Below are positions 17,948 to 26,286 of a DNA stretch of 28,093 bases, piece after piece (the stretch's first letter is position 1; each line of letters starts with the position of its first letter). Location: contig JADFQT010000001.1 of the NCBI GenBank assembly GCA_022561675.1, forward strand, positions 1-28,093. Direction: 5' to 3'. The notes beneath the pieces were generated by a model. That model saw nothing but the letters and a program-made list of their open reading frames with translations, had not been told where the DNA came from and did not search any database. A program made the position numbers and the translations under genes. The DNA comes from Chloroflexota bacterium (GTDB lineage: Bacteria > Chloroflexota > Dehalococcoidia > Lucifugimonadales > UBA3495).

Positions 17948-19303
17948 TCATACCGGCGGTGCTAAATGCAAGTCCAGGACTCCTTCGCACCAGCGGGCGG
18001 CCGCCAGCAACCGGGCCTCGTCGAAGGGAGAAGCTGCCAACTGGATGCCCAGGGGCAGCCCCGATTGCGCCAGCCCGGAGGGTAGGGTGATCGCGGGCAA
18101 TCCGCAGTAGGTCCACGGGCCCTGAAACATGGTATTCCCGGTGTTGGAGAGGTCGGCCAGCGCCGCAGTGGGTGTGGAAGGAGTCAGCAGCACGTCCGCC
18201 TTCTCCGCCAGGAGCTCCATATCGGTGACGAACTGCAGGCGGCGCTCCTTGGCCCGGGAATAGGTGGCGGCGTCGACGGCAAGCCCTCTGCCCAGCATCT
18301 CCCTCAATTTTGGCTGGTAGTCCTGGGCCCGCTTTTCGTACATCGGTTGATGGAATGCGGCCCCCTCCACCGACATTATCAGCAGCTGATCGGCAATTGC
18401 GGTGTCGATGCTGTCGGGCATGGGCAGCTCCTCCACCTGGGCCCCGGCCTGACTCAGCTGCCGCAGAGCCTGGTCCACATTTTTTTGAGTCTCCGGGTCG
18501 GCCTGCTCGTAGAAGAACCGGCGCAGAAACCCAATCCGCGGGGCAGCCGGTGTCTCCAGTCCTTTTAGATAATCCGGAACCTCGGTTCGGGAAGCCACCG
18601 GGTCCGCCGAATCCGGCCCGGCCATAACTTGTAGCAAGAGCGCCGCGTCCTCAACTGTACGTACCAGCCATCCCATGGTATCCAGGGTCCAGCTTACCGG
18701 TATTACACCATAGCGGCTGACCCGGCCAAAGGTGGGTTTGAAGCCGACCAGCCCGTTGTACGAGGCCGGGCGCAGCACCGAGCCGACGGTTTGGGAGCCC
18801 ATGCCCGCCGGGCACATGCGGGACGCCACGGCCACGGCCGAGCCGCTGCTGGAGCCGCCGGGGGTGTGGGCGGGATTCCAGGGGTTGATCGCCGGAGACG
18901 GGTCCATGCAGGCGAACTCCGTGGTAACGGTCTTGCCCAGCATGATGGCCCCGGCCCGCTTCAAAGAAGATACGGTGGTGGCGTCATATTCGGGCACAAA
19001 GTCGGCGTAGAGTTTGGAGCAGGCGGTGGTGGGAATACCGGCGGTGTAATAGATGTCCTTGAGTCCGATGGGGACGCCGTGGAGCGGACCCACAGTAGTG
19101 CCGGAGCCTACCTCTTGCTCCTTCCGGCGCGCCTCCGTAAGCACTTCCTCTCGGTCCAGGTATACCCAGGCTTTCAGGGCAGGCTCCAGGGAGTCGATAC
19201 GGTCCAGCAGGGATTGCACCAGGTCAACGGGTGAAAGATCCTTGCTCTTTATCTGCCTGGCCGCCTCGGACGCCGAAAGTTCAAAGGGTTGCATCTCAGT
19301 CAT
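17948..19303 (-). CDS. Amidase-signature family enzyme
   Basis: LHGVPIGLKD, PGGSSSGS, GSQTVGSVLRPA (Lys-cisSer-Ser triad), GLPLGIQL. Confidence 0.93.
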   Translation of the reverse strand: MTEMQPFELSASEAARQIKSKDLSPVDLVQSLLDRIDSLEPALKAWVYLDREEVLTEARRKEQEVGSGTTVGPLHGVPIGLKDIYYTAGIPTTACSKLYADFVPEYDATTVSSLKRAGAIMLGKTVTTEFACMDPSPAINPWNPAHTPGGSSSGSAVAVASRMCPAGMGSQTVGSVLRPASYNGLVGFKPTFGRVSRYGVIPVSWTLDTMGWLVRTVEDAALLLQVMAGPDSADPVASRTEVPDYLKGLETPAAPRIGFLRRFFYEQADPETQKNVDQALRQLSQAGAQVEELPMPDSIDTAIADQLLIMSVEGAAFHQPMYEKRAQDYQPKLREMLGRGLAVDAATYSRAKERRLQFVTDMELLAEKADVLLTPSTPTAALADLSNTGNTMFQGPWTYCGLPAITLPSGLAQSGLPLGIQLAASPFDEARLLAAARWCEGVLDLHLAPPV

Positions 19304-19527
19304 TCCCCCTGTTCCGAGCCTTCTCCCGAAGGGCTATAGGTCACCGGCAGTAGTGCCTGCAGATTGAGATTGCGGGACGCATCCAAGATTTCTATACCGA
19401 CGATCCTGCTATCCTTCCCCAGGTCCAGCACCACGTGCTCGGAGACGCGCTTGTTGATGACCTGTTGCTGCTGATCATCCAGCCGGAGGTAAAGCAAGTC
19501 GGTCTTGGAGTTATACATTATCTGCAT
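19300..19527 (-). CDS. DUF2283 family protein, putative antitoxin
   Basis: YNSKTDLLYLRL and IVGIEILDAS motifs; SD GGGAGGTGG; ATGA overlap with the downstream amidase. Confidence 0.85.
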   Translation of the reverse strand: MQIMYNSKTDLLYLRLDDQQQQVINKRVSEHVVLDLGKDSRIVGIEILDASRNLNLQALLPVTYSPSGEGSEQGE

Positions 19528-19795
19528 CTTGTCGGTCCCACCTCCCATAAAAGACGTAGACAGTTACCGTGATTATTACATCTTCTTCCTAGATGTATAT
19601 AACCTCCACCCTTTTTTTTTCAAAGTAACTATTCTGCCACCGCCGAGAAAAATCATATATCTTACCCCTTCCAATTCGACCGTATCTTGCTGAAACAGCA
19701 AAGCCTGTCTTGATAACGTCTCTGATTTCCGATTCGTCAGTGCCCCGTTCCGCAGCTCGTTCCAAGGTATGGACATCGATACGGATTTCCATCAC
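19511..19795 (-). pseudogene. DUF4258 family putative RNase toxin interrupted by an in-frame TAG at 19589-19591
   Basis: HTLERAAERG N-terminal motif; beyond the TAG the same frame reads EEDVIITVTVYVFYGRWDRQDADNV to TAA at 19511-19513, supplying the typical ITVTVY terminal strand. Confidence 0.75.
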
Positions 19796-19798
19796 TCA

Positions 19799-21214
19799 CT
19801 ATATTGGAGGCCGGCGGGTATGCCAGTCGGTGGCTTGTTCGTAGGCGTGGGCCACCCGGAAAATGGTGGTTTCGTCGAAGGGTTTGCCCGCGATTTGCAG
19901 GCCGATGGGCAGGTTCTGGGAAGTGAAACCGCAGTTTATGGACAGGGCCGGGGTATTTGCCAGATTGAAGGGAGAGGTAAAACTGCGGCGTCCGGCGAAA
20001 CCGTCGATGACCTCCTGCTTGCCGCCAATACCGGCCTGCTCCGGTATTACTGGGGCCGGAATGGAGGACGTGGGCATGACCAGAACATCCACCCGCGCCA
20101 GAGCGTCCAAGATCTGCTGGCGCAGAGCCTGGCGCAGGCGAGTAGCCTTCTGGTACGCCGCCGCCGGGAGAATGCTGCCCATCAGCATACGTACCTGATT
20201 ATTGTGGTCGAATTGGTCCAGCCGCGTGGAAATATTATCCCGGTTCAGCGCGGCTATATCCGAGGCTATAATCGCCGAGGAGATGGCCGCCGAGTCGACA
20301 ATCAGGGGCAGAGAAACCTCTTCCACGCTGGCACCCAACTCGCCCAGCACGGCGATGGCTTTGACCACCGCGTTACCCACTTCAGTCTCCACGACATCGG
20401 TATGGACTCGCTCGGTGACCACGCCTACCTTCAGACCTGCAATATCGTTAGTTAAGGCCGAGAGATAATCCGGAACGGGTACGTTCCAGGTCAAAGGATC
20501 CTTGCTATCATATCCGGCAATGGCCCCCAGGGTCATGGCGCAGTCGGCGGTGGTGCGGGAGATGGGCCCGACGGTGTCCATGGACCAGGATGCGCCAAAT
20601 ACTCCATAACGGCTGACCCGGCCCCAGCTGGGCCGGATACCGACCAATCCGCAGAAAGAGGCCGGGCCCCGAATGGAGCCTCCGGTATCCTCCCCCAACG
20701 ACGTGGAGCAGAGACAGGCGGCGGTGGCGGCTCCCGAGCCGCTGCTGGAAGTGCCCGGATTGCGCGACAAATCCCACGGGTTGCGGGGACGGCCGTAGGG
20801 GTGATGAAAGGCGTCGCCACTGGCGAACTCGCTCATGTTCAGTTTGCCAAGCAGCACCGATCCGGCTTGTTTCAGGTTGGCTACGACCGTGGCGTCGTGG
20901 TCGGGGATAAAATCCCGGTGCACGTTGGAGCCATTGGTGGTGCGGATGCCATTGGTGTTGAATTGGTCCTTTACAGCCACAGGTATGCCGTGCATGGGGC
21001 CTTTGTAATGCCCGGCGCTGATATCAGCCTCGGCTTGTCGGGCCGACGCCAGGGCTTCTTCGTTGCATACGGTGATGTAGGAGTTGAGCTTGCCGTCCAC
21101 TTGCTCTATGCGGTCCAGGTAGGCCTGAGTAGCCTCTACGGGAGAAACTTCCCTGGTCTGAATTAGCCGGGCCAGCTGGGTTGCTGGCAAAAAGGGAATT
21201 TCCGATTTGTTCAT
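19799..21214 (-). CDS. Amidase-signature family enzyme (GatA/AtzE-like)
   Basis: MHGIPVAVKD, LGKLNMSEFA, PGTSSSGS, GEDTGGSIRGPA, C-terminal AHAYEQATDWH; start uncertain (21214 or 21223). Confidence 0.93.
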   Translation of the reverse strand: MNKSEIPFLPATQLARLIQTREVSPVEATQAYLDRIEQVDGKLNSYITVCNEEALASARQAEADISAGHYKGPMHGIPVAVKDQFNTNGIRTTNGSNVHRDFIPDHDATVVANLKQAGSVLLGKLNMSEFASGDAFHHPYGRPRNPWDLSRNPGTSSSGSGAATAACLCSTSLGEDTGGSIRGPASFCGLVGIRPSWGRVSRYGVFGASWSMDTVGPISRTTADCAMTLGAIAGYDSKDPLTWNVPVPDYLSALTNDIAGLKVGVVTERVHTDVVETEVGNAVVKAIAVLGELGASVEEVSLPLIVDSAAISSAIIASDIAALNRDNISTRLDQFDHNNQVRMLMGSILPAAAYQKATRLRQALRQQILDALARVDVLVMPTSSIPAPVIPEQAGIGGKQEVIDGFAGRRSFTSPFNLANTPALSINCGFTSQNLPIGLQIAGKPFDETTIFRVAHAYEQATDWHTRRPPI

Positions 21215-21309
21215 AAACGCCATCTCCGTCGCAGCCAACCCCTTTTCTGGCGCCGGTGTTAGCAACGTCCTGTGCTACCTTTGGGAAGGGGAGAGGGGAG
21301 CCGGGGTTT

Positions 21310-21501
21310 TCAGCCTGCCACGTCGTGAGGGAGAACTATCGGCAGCGGCTCCATCTGCTCCCAGTCCGGCACCGATATGTTTTCCAGGGTTTCCAGCAGG
21401 CCATTGAGGCTGTAACCGACTTCCGTCAGCAGATGCTCGGGGATATTCACTCCGGCAGCTTTGGCCAGCGCCAGGATCTCGGATTGGGAAAGATCGGCCA
21501 T
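21310..21501 (-). CDS. Small acidic protein, candidate AtzG/GatC-like amidase partner
   Basis: 63 aa, SD GGAGG, helical LAKAAGVNIP N-terminus and EPLP near the C-terminus, directly upstream of the amidase. Confidence 0.7.
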   Translation of the reverse strand: MADLSQSEILALAKAAGVNIPEHLLTEVGYSLNGLLETLENISVPDWEQMEPLPIVLPHDVAG

Positions 21502-21604
21502 GTTACTGCCTCCGGGTGGGTTTTCCCGCTGGCTACTGACGCGGGGATTCTCACTGGGTATCTCTAACGGCGGGCCTCGATTACGTCAGCTAGGCGCCCA
21601 GGCA

Positions 21605-21633
21605 ATTGTGCGCCGCCAGCAGAGGGTTGTCAA
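21605..21633 (-). promoter_or_regulatory. Sigma70 promoter for the amidase operon
   Basis: Minus strand TTGACA (21633-21628), 17 bp, CACAAT (21610-21605). Confidence 0.6.
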
Positions 21634-21696
21634 CGCAAGCCTACTCTATAAGTTGAACCTCCGAAGTTTGACTCAGAGCGGCCTGAGAGGGTGGGT

Positions 21697-21900
21697 GACT
21701 ATCTCAAAATGTCACCCCGAGCGGATCGAGGGGTCTAAAGTCCTTGCGTGGATGGTCCTGATGCCATTGGCTATGTGGTAACTGCCGTACCGACTCCTGA
21801 GGTTTTACGGGCCTAGTATTTGGATGCCTCAGTCTCGGAGTCTATCCTGAGCCGAGCCGAAGGGCTCTTTCGGAATGACACGGCTTGTTTCGAGATAGAT
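21697..21900 (+). mobile_element. ~200-bp MITE/REP-like element, copy C (long form)
   Basis: Terminal inverted repeats CTATCTCAAAA (21699-21709)/TTTCGAGATAG (21888-21898), internal TGTCA...TGACA arms and a nested REP block; no transposase in the window. Confidence 0.6.
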
Positions 21901-21948
21901 GTTTAAAGGCGCGCCAATCGCTGGGTATGAAGCGCCGGAATCCTTCGC

Positions 21949-21957
21949 TGTTATAAT
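21949..21957 (+). promoter_or_regulatory. Extended -10 promoter for glmU
   Basis: TG-T-TATAAT about 120 nt upstream of glmU. Confidence 0.55.
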
Positions 21958-22074
21958 TGCTTCAAACGATCAAGGCCGGTCAGGGGAACCTCGGGGTCAT
22001 TGAAAGATTCGGGAAAGCTCCAGAGCTGAAACATAGGGCCATCATCTGGACATGGCCTGGCAGAGGGTATCGGT

Positions 22075-23490
22075 ATGGTAGAAGGCATTGGGCACCAGTG
22101 GGCCGGGGTTATCCTGGCCGCCGGACACGGCGTTCGGATGAAGTCCCGAATTCCGAAGGTTCTACACCAGGTATGCGGCAAGGAGCTGATCCGCTATCCC
22201 GTGGAGCTGCTGCGCCAGCTGGGGGTTGGAACAGTTGTTGTGGTGGTATCCCCGGATAATGGGACCCGCATCCGCGAAACCCTGGGCGACGCCGTCGAAT
22301 ACGCCACCCAGCCGGAAATGAAAGGCACCGGAGACGCTTTGACCTGGGCGCTGAAACAGCTGAACGGACGGGCCGAACAACTCCTGGTCCTGAACGGCGA
22401 CGTTCCTCTGTTGACTCTGGACTCGGTGCGCTTGTTGTGTCAGCGGCATTTAGAGAAAGCCGCCGCGCTCTCCCTGCTTACAGCCCAGACTGCTGCCGGC
22501 CAGGACTTGGGAAGGGTGATTAGAGACAACCAGGGGCGCATAGTAGATATCGTGGAGGCTGGCGACCGGATGGGCCCGCCGGATCATGAGACGCCGGGTC
22601 ATCAGGCGCCGGATCACCAGCGAGCTGAGGTGAACGTGGGGGTTTACTGCTTTAGCTCCGGCTTTTTAGCGGCAAATCTAAAGCGAATCGAGCCCAACAG
22701 CCAGGGGGAGAAATACCTTACATCTTTGGCGGCCCTGGGCGCTGAGTCCGGCGAACCGATTAGCTCCGAGACCTGCGGAGACCCAGATGAGTCGATGGGT
22801 GTCAACAACCGGTTGCAGCTTTCCCAAGTCGAGGCGATCCAGCGGCGGCGGATTCTAGAGAGGTGGATGCTTGCCGGCGTAACAATTCAAGATCCGGCCT
22901 CGGTATACATCGGCGGTGACGTGACGGTAGGTCAAGATTCCATTATTTTGGCCAACACCGCCCTGCGGGGTCACACCAGCATCGGGGAGGACTGCCAAAT
23001 AGGTCCGAACTCGGTAATCGAGGATTCCGCGGTTGGCGATGGGTGCCGGATCACCGCTTCGATGCTGGAAGAGGCGACGGTGGAGGCTGGCGTGGAGATC
23101 GGGCCCTTCAGTCACTTGCGACCGGGCGCCTACCTGGAATCGGGAGTGCACCTGGGAAACTACGTGGAAATCAAGAACAGCCGGCTGTCCACCGGTGCCG
23201 TTTGCGGGCATTTCAGCTACCTGGGAGATGCCACCATTGGAGCCGGTGTGAATATTGGAGCCGGCACGGTTACGTGTAATTATGACGGACGGGACAAGCT
23301 GCCGACGGTGATTGAGGCCGGGGCTTTTATTGGGTGCGACACCATGCTGGTCGCGCCGGTGACAGTAGGAGCCAATGCGGCGACTGGCGCGGGAGCAGTG
23401 GTTACAAAGGATATCCCGGCGGCTAGACTTGCTGTAGGTATGCCTGCTAGAATTGTTGGTAGGAACCGAATTCCCCATCAGGCTCCCTGA
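22075..23490 (+). CDS. glmU: Bifunctional UDP-GlcNAc pyrophosphorylase / GlcN-1-P acetyltransferase
   Basis: ILAAGHGVRMKS, PKVLH, GTGDA, GDVPL, GVNNR, hexapeptide repeats, GPFSHLRPG, SYLGDA, CNYDG. Confidence 0.97.
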   Translation: MVEGIGHQWAGVILAAGHGVRMKSRIPKVLHQVCGKELIRYPVELLRQLGVGTVVVVVSPDNGTRIRETLGDAVEYATQPEMKGTGDALTWALKQLNGRAEQLLVLNGDVPLLTLDSVRLLCQRHLEKAAALSLLTAQTAAGQDLGRVIRDNQGRIVDIVEAGDRMGPPDHETPGHQAPDHQRAEVNVGVYCFSSGFLAANLKRIEPNSQGEKYLTSLAALGAESGEPISSETCGDPDESMGVNNRLQLSQVEAIQRRRILERWMLAGVTIQDPASVYIGGDVTVGQDSIILANTALRGHTSIGEDCQIGPNSVIEDSAVGDGCRITASMLEEATVEAGVEIGPFSHLRPGAYLESGVHLGNYVEIKNSRLSTGAVCGHFSYLGDATIGAGVNIGAGTVTCNYDGRDKLPTVIEAGAFIGCDTMLVAPVTVGANAATGAGAVVTKDIPAARLAVGMPARIVGRNRIPHQAP

Positions 23491-23527
23491 CCGCACCCAA
23501 TAGCCACGGCAATGGAGGGTATCCGTA

Positions 23528-24748
23528 TTGGATAGTGATAGTGATATACCATTAGCCCTAATTTTCGCGCTAATTTTCCTGGGATCCCTGCTGCTTTACG
23601 GCCTGTTGGCTTTCTTACAGCATGCGGTCCGCGGTGTCGCAGCACCCGCCAATGGCATGTCAACCTTGCAACGCTTCGGGCTCGCTCTTTCCCCCTATAG
23701 ATACGCCGGCATAATCGCCCTCTCCCTCTCCGGCCTGCTACTGTCTCTCTCTCTGCAACCCCTCGTCTGGTGGTCCATCACCCTAACCGCTGTGATCGTC
23801 TTAGTCCTGGTATCCGGGTTTGATCGGGCGGCTTATTATCTAGTAGCCCGCTATCCTACATGGTCCGCCCGGTATTCCGCTCCGGTGTTGCGGATACTGG
23901 TGAGGAATTGGAGGATAAGAACGACGGAAAACCTGTTTGCCGACCCCGCACTGAGCCAAAACGGTCAGTCCGGCTTCGCCGCTTTATCCGATGCCGCAGA
24001 GCCGGTGATAACGGAAGAGGAGTTGGTGAATCTGGATGACAAGGACCGAGAGATGTTGCGGTCCATTCTCCGTTTGGATGTTTCCACAGCGCGAGAGATT
24101 ATGGTCCCCAGGCTAGACATGGTGGCGGTGGAATTGAATACGCCCTTGGAGCAGGTGGCGGAGAAGTTCATTGAAAGCGGCCACAGTCGCTTGCCGGTAT
24201 ACGAAGACACCATCGACCAGATTGCTGGCGTGGTATATTCCCGTGACCTGCTCGCGCTTTTAGTGGAGCGAAGGCTGGATGCGGCTTTGAGCGAGGTTAT
24301 CCGCCCGGCCTTTTTCATCCCCGAATCTAAACGGTTGGATGGCCTTTTGCAGGAGATGCAGCAAAAGGCGCTTCAGTTCGCCATTGTCGTGGACGAATAC
24401 GGTGGGACCGAAGGCCTGGTTACGATGGAGGACCTGCTGGAGGAGATAGTGGGTGAAATTGAGGACGAGTTCTCCAAGTCTGAGGATCCAATCACCCGGC
24501 TGGCCGACGGCGCCGCAATCATCGACGCCGGGGTGACCACCGAGGATTTAGAGGAGCTATTTGGTGCTAAGTTGCACGACTCAGATTTTGACACCGTGGG
24601 CGGCTACGTTTACCGGACTCTGGGAAGGATGCCTCAGGTAGGGGACAAAATTACTGTGGACCACCTCAGTATCGAGGTGATTTCCGTCCTGGGCAGGCGC
24701 CTGAGGAAACTCCGCGTCGAACCCATTCGGGAGGTGTCGGCCTCTTGA
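23528..24748 (+). CDS. Hemolysin-family/CNNM-CorC protein (TM region + CBS pair + CorC_HlyC domain)
   Basis: N-terminal TM helices, [56 protein letters not shown] before TTG. Confidence 0.9.
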   Translation: MDSDSDIPLALIFALIFLGSLLLYGLLAFLQHAVRGVAAPANGMSTLQRFGLALSPYRYAGIIALSLSGLLLSLSLQPLVWWSITLTAVIVLVLVSGFDRAAYYLVARYPTWSARYSAPVLRILVRNWRIRTTENLFADPALSQNGQSGFAALSDAAEPVITEEELVNLDDKDREMLRSILRLDVSTAREIMVPRLDMVAVELNTPLEQVAEKFIESGHSRLPVYEDTIDQIAGVVYSRDLLALLVERRLDAALSEVIRPAFFIPESKRLDGLLQEMQQKALQFAIVVDEYGGTEGLVTMEDLLEEIVGEIEDEFSKSEDPITRLADGAAIIDAGVTTEDLEELFGAKLHDSDFDTVGGYVYRTLGRMPQVGDKITVDHLSIEVISVLGRRLRKLRVEPIREVSAS

Positions 24749-24834
24749 ACAGTCCTCAGCCCTGGATTGCCAGCGTTAATATTCCGCCGCCGGGTCTACT
24801 GAGAGTCTCTAGAAAAGTCACCCGCTAGTTTCTA

Positions 24835-25716
24835 CTACTTGACCCCCACCAGCTCGCCGGTAACTACCAGCCGGTAGTCGTAGACCAACCGAGGTACGCA
24901 GGAAACCAGGTGGATCGAGGCCCAGCCGGTGTTGTATAACCGCATTTCATCTTGCTGCAAGACCTCAGTGGAAGTGATGCGGTACAGGTATTGGCGCGGG
25001 CCGGTTTCGGCTATGACGAAGACCTCCTGCCCGTTTTTGAGCATGTCGGGAATGCGGGTCAAGTTATAAAAGACCGACCCTTCGCCAACGATTGGGCTTT
25101 CCAGGTGAGCGAAAAACCAGGAGCTGCCCGCCTCTCCAGGATTGGCCACTTCCGGGATATGCCCCACCGTGTTGACCGGCGTTTCATAGCCCCGGCTGTC
25201 TCCCAGGTCCCGAATTGCCAGTTCCGTTACGCTGGAATCGACACCAATTTCCGGTAAGATCAGCCGCGTCGCGGCGGGCAGACTGCCTAGCGGCGCTGCC
25301 TGGCCGAGCTCAATGGGCGTGAATCCCCGCAAAAGAACTTCCCGGCGATAGTCCAAAGGCTCGTAAGATAATGGATCGCTCCAGACATCTATAAGGGGCG
25401 ACTCACCGTGGGTTACCGTCTGCCCGGCGATGGCCGACTCGGGTATGCCGGGAGGCGGGACAATCTCGGGTGGAGCTGGGATGTCGGTCACCTTGGAGGG
25501 TTTGTCCGGGACGGGGTCCGGGGCGACACTTACTGCGCTGGGCAGGCTGACATTCATTTGGTCCAGCTGGGACCGGGCAATGGTGGCGTAGAGATAGTAG
25601 CCGCCGCCGCCGACCAGCAGCAGCACGCCAACCAGAGAGAGGGCGAGTCCAATATAGCGGGAAAGCCCGCGCTTCAGGCGCCCCGGCGCTAAGAGATAAT
25701 CGTAACCGGCCTGCAT
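24835..25716 (-). CDS. Sortase family protein
   Basis: N-terminal TM anchor, Pro-rich linker, RLILPEIGVD, His in FFAHLES, Cys in HLVSC, Arg in YDYRLVV; ATG 25716 with SD AAAGGCGG. Confidence 0.85.
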   Translation of the reverse strand: MQAGYDYLLAPGRLKRGLSRYIGLALSLVGVLLLVGGGGYYLYATIARSQLDQMNVSLPSAVSVAPDPVPDKPSKVTDIPAPPEIVPPPGIPESAIAGQTVTHGESPLIDVWSDPLSYEPLDYRREVLLRGFTPIELGQAAPLGSLPAATRLILPEIGVDSSVTELAIRDLGDSRGYETPVNTVGHIPEVANPGEAGSSWFFAHLESPIVGEGSVFYNLTRIPDMLKNGQEVFVIAETGPRQYLYRITSTEVLQQDEMRLYNTGWASIHLVSCVPRLVYDYRLVVTGELVGVK

Positions 25717-25884
25717 GGCACCGCCTTTATGGATCGGGAGGTAGCAGCTCGGTCCCGGAGTTGTCGGCGAATTGTCGGACCGCAAAATTCCTGAATCCCA
25801 CCCTACCCGTTTCAACCACCCAACCCTTTCGGGAATTCATCCGCCTTTAGAGGAGCTAGGTCCGGAAGGAGATACCTGGGGGAA

Positions 25885-26097
25885 CTAACGGGGTCTAGGG
25901 ACGTTCATTGCGCCCGGAGTAATCGGTTCGTTCAGGTAAATATCGCCGTTACGAATCTTTATGTTAAAGCCACAAGTTGGGTTAATACAGACCCAGGCCT
26001 TGTAGTGAACCGATGCGCCCTGTCCACCGTAATCCGATAGGGGAACCAGCTGCCCCACATCGCAACTTTGACACTTTGGCAACGCCCAGTCTTCCAC
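25885..26097 (-). CDS. Small Zn-ribbon protein, function unknown
   Basis: 70 aa with CQSC and CINPTC; SD GGGAGG 7 nt before GTG; extended -10 TG-A-TATACT at 26136-26128. Confidence 0.8.
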   Translation of the reverse strand: MEDWALPKCQSCDVGQLVPLSDYGGQGASVHYKAWVCINPTCGFNIKIRNGDIYLNEPITPGAMNVPRPR

Positions 26098-26286
26098 GAA
26101 ACATCCTCCCAATCATCAATCACGCCGAGTATATCACCGGGAATTTCGCCATTTAAAGGCAAATCCAGGCTTGCTAAGCTCCACTTTGCCTCTCTTAGTG
26201 TTTGCGCCCATTCCGTAGGGAGCTAACTTGAGTAGCCATCTCTAAACTTGCGAATCGAGCCAGTCTCATCCCTCCACAGGCTTGGT

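Noticed and set aside
19799..21501. Annotation as gatC-gatA
   Set aside because: No gatB in the window and the small protein is shorter than typical GatC; treated as a generic amidase with a candidate partner.
26195..26269. 24-aa minus-strand ORF MRLARFASLEMATQVSSLRNGRKH
   Set aside because: The SD-like GGAGGG abuts the ATG with no spacing; no other support.
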